Source: Candidatus Electronema aureum (GTDB lineage Bacteria > Desulfobacterota > Desulfobulbia > Desulfobulbales > Desulfobulbaceae). From it: a stretch of DNA of 32,000 bases. Location of the stretch: the NCBI GenBank assembly GCA_004284765.1, contig NQJD01000007.1:70831-102830 (forward strand), read 5' to 3'. Shown one piece after another: positions 25,873 to 32,000 of the stretch (position 1 is the stretch's first letter; every line of letters starts with the position of its first letter). The position numbers and the translations under genes are program-made. The notes under the pieces are model-generated. The model was not told where the DNA came from. It did no database searches and worked only from the letters and a program-made list of their open reading frames with translations.

Positions 25873-27510
25873 GTGGAACCTATGAGCGAAAAAAAATACA
25901 CCCTTCTCATCATCGATGACATCATCGACAACTTGATGCTCCTCGGCGAGGCGATGTCGCCTGCTTACAAGATCAAGGTGGCGACCAGCGGGAAGCAGGG
26001 GCTTGAGCTGGCTGTGCAGGAACCGCTGCCGGACTTGATTTTGCTCGACATCATGATGCCGGGCATGGACGGCTACGAGGTTTGCCGCCGCCTCAAAAAG
26101 GACAGTCGCACCAAGCACATCCCGGTGATTTTCCTGAGCGCATTAGATAAGGAGAGCGACGAGCTGCAAGGGTTAGATGCAGGCGCGGTGGATTTCATCA
26201 CTAAGCCTTTCAAGCTGGAAATTGTCCGCGCTCGGATTAGTACGCAGCTCGAATTATTGAAGATGCGGCAGCAGCTTCAGGAAGCACGGCTACGGGCCGA
26301 GGCTGCATCGCAATCGAAATCGGTTTTTCTCGCCAACATGAGCCATGAAATCCGCACGCCGATGAGTGCGATCATGGGCATGACCGATTTATCCTTAGAA
26401 AAGGCGGTTGATTCCCAGCAACGGAGCTACTTGGAGACAGTGAAATTGTCTGCCGACTCCTTGCTTTCATTGATCAACGACATCCTCGATTTCTCGAAGA
26501 TCGAGGCGGGGCAGATGGAATTAGACGAGCATCCCTTTGTCCTCGCCGAAGCGGTGGAGGCTGCTGTGCGCACAGTTTCGGTGCTATCGCAGGAAAAGGG
26601 GCTGGACATTTTCGTCGATATCGCGCCCTCTGTCCCGGCGATGGTCGATGGCGACAGTCTGCGCTTCCGCCAGATCATCCTGAATCTCCTCAGCAATGCG
26701 ATCAAATTTTCTGAAAAAGGCCCAATTCGCATAACTGTCATCCCGGACAAAATTGGGCCAGAGACGATTGCGGTGCGGGTGGCGGTAATCGACCGAGGTA
26801 TCGGAGTGAAGGCGGACAAAATCAGCTCGATCTTCAGTGCCTTCTCGCAGGAAGACAGTTCGGTTTCGCGCAAATTCGGCGGCACGGGATTGGGTCTTGC
26901 TATCTGCCGCCAGCTCTGTGAGCTGATGGACGGCACGATCAGCGTGCAGAGCGAACAAGGCAAGGGCGCAACGTTTACCTTTGTTGTTATTTTCGGCCTC
27001 ACTTCTCAAGAGTTGCCGCAGAAGAAAGTTATTGCTGCTTCGTCAGAGGAAATCAAGCTCCAGCCAGTGCGTATTCTGCTGGTTGAAGATAACCCGGCCA
27101 ATCGCTTCCTGCTCCGGGTGGTATTAGAAAAGGACCAGCATCAGGTGATAGAGGCGATCGATGGCGTGGAGGCACTGCATGTCCTGCTCGACGATGACCG
27201 TTTCGACCTGATTCTATCAGATGTACAGATGCCTCGATTAGACGGCTACAGCCTGACGCGGCTCATCCGCTTCTGTGAACAGGGGGAAGAGCTGGATGAA
27301 GATACTTCTGACAAAGTAGAAGCCAGCTTGATTGACCGATTACGCCGCCGCTTGCACGGTCGGCACCGCTTGATCATCGCCATGACCGCCAATGCTATGA
27401 GTGGAGATCAAGAAAAATGCTTTGATGCAGGCATGGATGACTACTTGACTAAACCCATTGACAAAAAACAACTCGCTTGCACCCTGCGTCGTTGGCTGCC
27501 TGCGGCCTGA
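25873..27510 (+). CDS. hybrid histidine kinase: REC - HisKA - HATPase_c - REC
   Basis: The N-terminal receiver has LLIIDD...LLDIMMPGMDG...KP. The H-box is FLANMSHEIRTPM. N, G1 and G2 boxes are present (LLSNAIKF, DRGIGV, GGTGLGLAI). The C-terminal receiver has ILLVEDN...ILSDVQMPRLDG...TKP. The start is GTG 25873 or ATG 25882. No TM or sensor domain is visible. Confidence 0.88.
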   Translation: MEPMSEKKYTLLIIDDIIDNLMLLGEAMSPAYKIKVATSGKQGLELAVQEPLPDLILLDIMMPGMDGYEVCRRLKKDSRTKHIPVIFLSALDKESDELQGLDAGAVDFITKPFKLEIVRARISTQLELLKMRQQLQEARLRAEAASQSKSVFLANMSHEIRTPMSAIMGMTDLSLEKAVDSQQRSYLETVKLSADSLLSLINDILDFSKIEAGQMELDEHPFVLAEAVEAAVRTVSVLSQEKGLDIFVDIAPSVPAMVDGDSLRFRQIILNLLSNAIKFSEKGPIRITVIPDKIGPETIAVRVAVIDRGIGVKADKISSIFSAFSQEDSSVSRKFGGTGLGLAICRQLCELMDGTISVQSEQGKGATFTFVVIFGLTSQELPQKKVIAASSEEIKLQPVRILLVEDNPANRFLLRVVLEKDQHQVIEAIDGVEALHVLLDDDRFDLILSDVQMPRLDGYSLTRLIRFCEQGEELDEDTSDKVEASLIDRLRRRLHGRHRLIIAMTANAMSGDQEKCFDAGMDDYLTKPIDKKQLACTLRRWLPAA

Positions 27511-27656
27511 TATGGCTTCGAGAGGATGCGACACGCGGCTCTGTTGTAGAAAAAATCACCCGCACGACAAAGCAGACTTTCCTTTTCAGCGGGTTCGTTT
27601 TAAATATAGATCAGCAGCCGGTTTCATTGGCACTGCCATCAACTTTTGGAGAACTC

Positions 27657-28658
27657 ATGGATCATCGCCACAACCTACCCGACTTTATCGGGGCCTTGCT
27701 GCGCCCGGAAGCCTATCCGCATCCAGCCGCCGAGGTACGGCTGGTGCAGACGCATATTTCCTTTGTCCTCATCGCAGGCGATTTCGTCTATAAATTCAAG
27801 AAGCCGGTCAATTTCGGCTTTCTCGACTTTTCCACCTTGGAGAAGCGGCGGCACTGCTGCGAACAGGAGCTGCTGCTCAACCGCCGCCTCTGCCCGGAGA
27901 TTTATCTTGATCTGGTCACGATGACAGCGGAGGGTCTCAGCGGCTCCGGCGAGGTGATTGAGTACGGCGTGAAAATGGCCCGGATGCCGGAAGAAGGCAT
28001 GATGGGCAATCTGATCAAAGCGGGCAAACTGGGCCGCGAGCAGGTGGATGCGGTGGTTGAGCGGCTGATTCCCTTTTATCAGCAGGCGGAGCGCAGCGCG
28101 GAGATTGACAGTTTCGGCTTGGCGGACAAGGTGGCGGTCAACATCTTGGAGAACTTCGAGCAGACGCTCGGCTTCATCGGCCAAGGCGCGCTCAGTCAGG
28201 CTCAGTTTGACCGCATCTCGGCGTGGTCAAAAGCCTTTCTCGCGCAAGAAGAACGCTTCAAGCAGCGCATTGCAGGCGGTTATATCCGTGACTGCCACGG
28301 CGATTTGTATTCGGCCAACATCTGCTTGGCGGATAAAGTCTATATCTTCGACTGCATTGAGTTCAACCAGCGCTTCCGCTATTGCGACGTGGCCAGCGAC
28401 GTGGCCTTTTTGGCGATGGATTTGGATTTTCACGGCTTGCATGAGTTGTCCGAATACTGCATCGACCGTTTCAGTCAGCTTTCAGGCGACAGCGGCCTGA
28501 AGCAAATGCTGAATTTTTACAAATGCTACCGGGCCTACGTGCGCGGCAAGATCGGTCTCTTCACCGCAGGCGACCCGGCAGTGGACGCGGCGGTGCGCCA
28601 GAGCTGCACTGAGGCGGCGGCCAAGTATTTCGCCCTTGCGGAAAGCTATGCCGTCTGA
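27657..28658 (+). CDS. aminoglycoside-phosphotransferase/choline-kinase-fold protein (COG2187-like N-terminal half)
   Basis: The likely start is ATG 27657 (MDHRHNLPDF), inside track ORF 27477..28658. The catalytic loop is RDCHGDLYSANI and the metal-binding motif is IFDCIEF. VQTHISFVLIAGDFVYKFKKP is typical of this uncharacterised kinase family. Confidence 0.7.
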   Translation: MDHRHNLPDFIGALLRPEAYPHPAAEVRLVQTHISFVLIAGDFVYKFKKPVNFGFLDFSTLEKRRHCCEQELLLNRRLCPEIYLDLVTMTAEGLSGSGEVIEYGVKMARMPEEGMMGNLIKAGKLGREQVDAVVERLIPFYQQAERSAEIDSFGLADKVAVNILENFEQTLGFIGQGALSQAQFDRISAWSKAFLAQEERFKQRIAGGYIRDCHGDLYSANICLADKVYIFDCIEFNQRFRYCDVASDVAFLAMDLDFHGLHELSEYCIDRFSQLSGDSGLKQMLNFYKCYRAYVRGKIGLFTAGDPAVDAAVRQSCTEAAAKYFALAESYAV

Positions 28659-29226
28659 GCGGACGATTTATATCTTCTTCGGCCTGATCGCGTCGGGGAA
28701 ATCCTTTCTGGCCGAGCACTTCGCCGCTGAACGTGGCCTGCCGTACTTCAACTCCGACCGGGTGCGCAAGGAGCTGGCGGGCATCGCCGCAACCGAACGC
28801 CGCCCGGACGGAATTGGGCAGGGCATTTACACGCCGGAACTGAGTGCCAAGACCTATCAAACCATGCTGGCGCGGGCCGAAGAATCGCTGCAAAATGGCG
28901 CGGCAGGCGTGATTTTGGACGGCTCTTACAGCATCGCCGCAGGCCGCAGCGAGGTCAGGCGGTTGGCGGAGAGCGTGGGCGCAAAGACGCTGTTCATCCT
29001 CTGCTCCTGCTCGGAAGCGGAGACCAAACGCCGCCTTGAGCTGCGGGCTAAAGACCCCAACGCGGTCTCTGATGGCCGCTGGGAGATATTTGTCCGCCAG
29101 CGCGAAACCTTTGCCCAGCCGGATGAGCTGCCGCCGGAACTGCTGCTTCGGCTGAACACGGAAGCGGAGCCGGAGGCTTTGCTCAGGCAGATCAACCTTC
29201 ACCACCAAGGAATCGGAAATGACTAA
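28648..29226 (+). CDS. P-loop kinase (AAA_33 / COG0645-like ATP-binding protein)
   Basis: Walker A FFGLIASGKSFLAE, then DRVRKEL and ILDGSY. About 192 aa. Its ATG at 28648 overlaps the upstream stop by 11 nt. In many genomes this domain is fused to the preceding APH-like domain. Confidence 0.75.
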   Translation: MPSERTIYIFFGLIASGKSFLAEHFAAERGLPYFNSDRVRKELAGIAATERRPDGIGQGIYTPELSAKTYQTMLARAEESLQNGAAGVILDGSYSIAAGRSEVRRLAESVGAKTLFILCSCSEAETKRRLELRAKDPNAVSDGRWEIFVRQRETFAQPDELPPELLLRLNTEAEPEALLRQINLHHQGIGND

Positions 29227-29656
29227 GATATTCCTCCTCAGCTACCCAAAAGAAAACTCCAGCCAGCCGGTGATCTGCCAGCTCGTCAAGCACTACGATG
29301 TGGAGTTCAACATCCTCAAGGCGGAAATCCTGCCCCAGCGCGACGGCTACCTGATTCTGGAGCTGAAGGGCCTCAAGGAGAACATCAACTCCGCTCTTGA
29401 ATACCTCAAAAGCTTGGGAGTCAAGGCGGAGCGCATCGCCGGGCGGGTGCATCGGGACGAAAAAAAATGTTTTCAGTGCGGAGCCTGCACCGGCATCTGT
29501 CCGGTCGGCGCATTGCACATTCAGCAGCCCGAAATGACGGTCGTCTTTGAGCCAGAGAAATGCACAGCTTGCGGTCTCTGCGTCACCGGCTGCCCAGTGC
29601 GGGCGATGGCGGTTTCCTTTGATCCGGCCACTGAAGAAAGCTGCGTCATGGCCTGA
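29219..29656 (+). CDS. NIL-domain / 2x[4Fe-4S] ferredoxin fusion protein
   Basis: The N-terminal ~75 aa (SQPVICQLVKHYDVEFNILKAEI...GYLILELKG) is a NIL domain. The C-terminus has CFQCGACTGICP and CTACGLCVTGCP ferredoxin motifs. It overlaps the upstream gene by 8 nt, and AAGGA lies upstream. Confidence 0.85.
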   Translation: MTKIFLLSYPKENSSQPVICQLVKHYDVEFNILKAEILPQRDGYLILELKGLKENINSALEYLKSLGVKAERIAGRVHRDEKKCFQCGACTGICPVGALHIQQPEMTVVFEPEKCTACGLCVTGCPVRAMAVSFDPATEESCVMA

Positions 29657-29695
29657 GCAGTTCACCCCAGCAACAACGCATAACAGGAAGGCGCG

Positions 29696-30082
29696 ATGAA
29701 TTCCAGCAGCGGCTCGGCATCTTTTTTCAATAAAGTTCCTTGGACCTTTCTCGTCATCATTTATCTCGTGGTGACGCAGATTATGGAGATTCCTTTAGAC
29801 GGCGTGCCGGGATTTGTCCTGATCGGCCTCGGCGTGTTCGTGCTCTTCGCCGAATTTTTCAAATCCGGCGACATCGGCTTGGCGGTTTTCATGATCGACG
29901 TGATCACGTCCGTGATCGGGCTGGTGGCCGCCACTGTCCTGCTCTGCTATTTGGTCTGGGTAATGGGCCAGCAGCTGACCTTCTACCACTGGTTCGGCTA
30001 CACCATCCTGCTCGGCGACGCTATCTTCAGCCCGCTTAATTCCTTCCGCACTGCATTGCGGAATTTCGGCGTGGGAGCGTGA
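29696..30082 (+). CDS. small integral membrane protein (hypothetical, ~4 TM)
   Basis: 128 aa with an AGGAAGG SD 6 nt upstream. Four hydrophobic segments. No family recognised. Confidence 0.6.
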   Translation: MNSSSGSASFFNKVPWTFLVIIYLVVTQIMEIPLDGVPGFVLIGLGVFVLFAEFFKSGDIGLAVFMIDVITSVIGLVAATVLLCYLVWVMGQQLTFYHWFGYTILLGDAIFSPLNSFRTALRNFGVGA

Positions 30083-30102
30083 CGAAGCAAGGAAGCTCAC
30101 AC

Positions 30103-30270
30103 CTGACATGCGGCAGATACGGTCTGCTTTGTGACATGTTAAGCCCGACATGCGGCACGTCAAGGCTGCTTTGCCCCATGTCAAGCCGGACACGAGGCAG
30201 GGGCGACCTGTTGTACGGCAGGTCAGGCTTGACATAAGGCAGATGCGGCGGCATGTAATCCTACACAGGC
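30103..30270. repeat. four tandem degenerate 42-bp units (3 x 14 bp sub-period) with conserved core GACATGCGGCAG
   Basis: Parsed by hand in strict 42-nt register: ctgacatgcggcagatacggtctgctttgtgacatgttaagc / ccgacatgcggcacgtcaaggctgctttgccccatgtcaagc / cggacacgaggcaggggcgacctgttgtacggcaggtcaggc / ttgacataaggcagatgcggcggcatgtaatcctacacaggc. Units 1 and 2 match at 31 of 42 positions by my count. Confidence 0.8.
30229..30259 (+). promoter_or_regulatory. possible sigma-70 promoter for the DAHP synthase gene, inside the last repeat unit
   Basis: TTGACA (30229-30234) and TGTAAT (30254-30259). The spacer is 19 nt, longer than optimal, so this is weak. Confidence 0.3.
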
Positions 30271-30283
30271 AAAAGAAGCCAGC

Positions 30284-31687
30284 ATGTCTCTCCTCCAGAT
30301 TTCAACCTTTGCAAATACCGCTATGACTACTTGGAACAAATCTTCTTGGAAAAGCAAAACCGCCCTGCAGCAGCCGGAATGGCCTGCGGCGGAGCTGCAT
30401 GAAGCCAACAAACTGCTCTCGCACCTGCCGCCGTTAGTGGCTGCGGGCGAAATCCGCGACCTGAAAGCGCATTTGGCCAAGGCGGCCAAGGGCCAGGCCT
30501 TCCTGCTGCAAGGCGGCGACTGCTCGGAGGAATTCGCCCGCTGCTCCGCGCCGAACATCAAAAGCACGCTGAAAGTGCTGCTGCAAATGGCCGCGATTTT
30601 GACCTACGGCGGCGGCAGGCCGGTGATCAAAGTAGGCCGCATGGCCGGCCAGTACGCCAAGCCGCGCTCCAGCCCGACCGAGATGGTCAACGGCGTGGAG
30701 CTGCCCAGCTACCGGGGCGACATGTGCAACTCGGTGGAGGGCACGCCGGAGGCCCGCAAGGCCGACCCGCAGCGGATGCTCAAGGGCTACTATCTTTCCG
30801 CCGCCACGCTGAACCTGCTCCGCGCCTTTGCCCAAGGCGGCTTCAGCTCGCTGCACAACGTGCATAAGTGGAATCAGGAGTTTGTCAAAAATTCGCCAGT
30901 CGGCGGCTCCTACGAGCAGAGCGTGGCCCGGCAGATCGAGCGGACGCTGACCTTCATGGAGAACATCGGCATCCACACCGACATGCCGCAGATCAAGGAG
31001 GTGGAGTTCTTCACCTCGCACGAGGCGTTATTCTTGGATTACGAGGAGTCGCTGGCCCGCGAGGATTCAGAGGACGAGGTGCCGGGCCGCTGGTACGACT
31101 GCTCCGGCCACATGCTCTGGATCGGCGACCGCACCCGCCAGCTTGAGGGCGCGCATGTCGAGTTCCTGCGCGGCGTGCGCAATCCGCTGGGCATGAAGGT
31201 CGGGCCGGGCCACAACCCGGAGGAGATCGTCAAGGTGATCCAGCGGCTCAACCCGGACAACGAGGAAGGCCGGATGACCCTCATCACCCGCTTCGGCGCG
31301 GGCAAGGTGGAGCAGTATCTGCCGCCGCTGATCCGGGCGGTCAAAGGCGAGGGCTTGAACGTCCTCTGGTGCTGCGACCCCATGCACGGTAATATTCGCA
31401 AATCTCTGAGTGGTTGTAAAACCCGCAGCTTTGAGGATATTTTGGCAGAGTTGCAACAATTTTTTGCCGTTTGCCAAATAGAAGGCGCAGTACCGGGTGG
31501 GGTGCATTTTGAGCTGACCGGCAAAGACGAGCAGACCGGCGATGTCACCGAATGCACAGGCGGCGCGTCCGGCCTGAGCGACGAAGGACTGCGCCGCAAC
31601 TACTGCACCGCCTGCGACCCCCGCCTGAACGCCGAGCAGTCCTTAGAAATGGCCTTTAGAATTGCTGAGATGATAAAGGGAAGCTGA
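30284..31687 (+). CDS. class II (plant/actinobacterial type) 3-deoxy-7-phosphoheptulonate (DAHP) synthase
   Basis: WNKSSWKSKTALQQPEWP, LPPLVAAGEIRDLK, and GQAFLLQGGDCSEEF are the class II DAHPS N-terminal signature. Further motifs are KVGRMAGQYAKPRS, WIGDRTRQ, DPMHGN, and CDPRLN. The start is ATG 30284 or 30323. Confidence 0.9.
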   Translation: MSLLQISTFANTAMTTWNKSSWKSKTALQQPEWPAAELHEANKLLSHLPPLVAAGEIRDLKAHLAKAAKGQAFLLQGGDCSEEFARCSAPNIKSTLKVLLQMAAILTYGGGRPVIKVGRMAGQYAKPRSSPTEMVNGVELPSYRGDMCNSVEGTPEARKADPQRMLKGYYLSAATLNLLRAFAQGGFSSLHNVHKWNQEFVKNSPVGGSYEQSVARQIERTLTFMENIGIHTDMPQIKEVEFFTSHEALFLDYEESLAREDSEDEVPGRWYDCSGHMLWIGDRTRQLEGAHVEFLRGVRNPLGMKVGPGHNPEEIVKVIQRLNPDNEEGRMTLITRFGAGKVEQYLPPLIRAVKGEGLNVLWCCDPMHGNIRKSLSGCKTRSFEDILAELQQFFAVCQIEGAVPGGVHFELTGKDEQTGDVTECTGGASGLSDEGLRRNYCTACDPRLNAEQSLEMAFRIAEMIKGS

Positions 31688-31691
31688 TGAG

Positions 31692-31725
31692 ATACAAGGG
31701 GCGAAAAAATTTTAGCCCCTTGTAT
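31692..31725 (+). terminator. perfect 11-bp stem-loop just after the DAHP synthase stop (possible terminator)
   Basis: ATACAAGGGGC (31692-31702), a 12-nt loop, GCCCCTTGTAT (31715-31725). The following sequence is A/T-rich but has no clean U-tract. Confidence 0.4.
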
Positions 31726-31850
31726 TATGAACCATAATTTATTAGGAGTTAACCCAAGTTGTGACCTATAACTCTTGAAAAATCCATGCTTCCCCGCGTA
31801 TGGTATACTTCTGCTGTCTGGCACGAATATAATCGCACACGGAGGAGAGC

Positions 31851-32000
31851 ATGGAACTCAAGATTACAACATGTTACTGTTTATGCGATGATTTTTTAAT
31901 TTCCAAGGGCTGGCACGATGACCCGCAATGCACGATGAGCACGGCTGAGGTCATGACCGCAGCTTTGACTGCCGCCGCTTTCTTTTCCGGCAGTTATGAA
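31851..32000 (+). mobile_element. 5' end of a DDE transposase gene (IS982/IS4-like N-terminus), truncated by the window edge
   Basis: GGAGGA (31841-31846) then ATG 31851. The frame is open to the window end: MELKITTCYCLCDDFLISKGWHDDPQCTMSTAEVMTAALTAAAFFSGSYE. A C-x-C-DDF motif followed by an S-x-x-E-V-hydrophobic helix is a common N-terminal pattern of IS982/IS4-type transposases. It is absent from the ORF track because no stop falls within the window. Confidence 0.5.

Noticed and set aside
27628-27643. TGGCACtgccaTCAAC upstream of the APH-like gene as a second sigma-54 promoter. Also TGGCACgaataTAATC at 31819-31834.
   Set aside because: The -24 element matches, but the -12 TTGC element is missing at the required spacing. 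These are probably chance TGGCAC occurrences.
30108-30237. Small plus-strand ORFs within the 42-bp array (for example 30108-30134 MRQIRSAL and a 33-codon ORF from 30136) as possible aromatic-amino-acid leader peptides. Mini-ORFs at 24411-24432 upstream of trpB were considered the same way.
   Set aside because: They contain no runs of Trp, Phe or Tyr codons and have no SD, so there is no support for classical ribosome-mediated attenuation.

Overview
This 32 kb window looks chromosomal and comes from a moderately GC-rich bacterium. The gene content suggests an anaerobic Desulfobulbales or Thermodesulfobacteriota-like lineage: a VKOR-type DsbB replacement, a sirC-hemX-hemA cluster, a NIL-ferredoxin and a sigma-54 pilin promoter. 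That lineage call is inference only. All calls come from reading the sequence and ORF translations by eye; no database or HMM search was possible, and motif coordinates were indexed by hand.

Layout:
- 1-5757 (+): a sigma-54-driven type IVa pilin gene, then an AT-rich TMTC-like GT-C/TPR membrane protein, a VKOR-DsbA fusion and a second GT-C-like membrane protein. The last three are translationally coupled.
- 5745-14130 (-): a housekeeping block of plsY, asd, a divergent prs-like gene, an AT-rich corA, leuB, rsmG, hemA, a hemX/ccsA-like gene and a precorrin-2 dehydrogenase.
- 14157-19371: rsmE, a zinc-ribbon/PAS/SGDEF/EAL c-di-GMP protein, cobO, and a Cys-rich/cNMP/DUF4388 protein.
- 19429-24129 (+): an accessory-looking string. 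It holds an unassignable 550-aa protein, a PD-(D/E)XK nuclease-family protein, a DUF2281-like/PIN toxin-antitoxin pair, an FlgO/LpoB-like secreted protein and a proline-rich membrane-anchored protein.
- 24166-24417: a phased array of 11-12 tandem 21-bp units with a palindromic TTCACGCGTGAA-type core, directly upstream of an orphan trpB.
- 25873-30082 (+): a sensorless REC-HK-REC hybrid kinase, then a coupled operon of an APH-like kinase, a P-loop kinase, a NIL-4Fe4S ferredoxin and a small membrane protein.
- 30103-30270: four tandem 42-bp units (core GACATGCGGCAG) with nested inverted repeats, directly upstream of a class II DAHP synthase.
- 31851-32000: the window ends in the 5' end of an IS982/IS4-like transposase gene.

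The most unusual signals are the two phased repeat arrays in front of aromatic amino-acid genes, and the module linking the pilin to two GT-C proteins and the VKOR-DsbA fusion.
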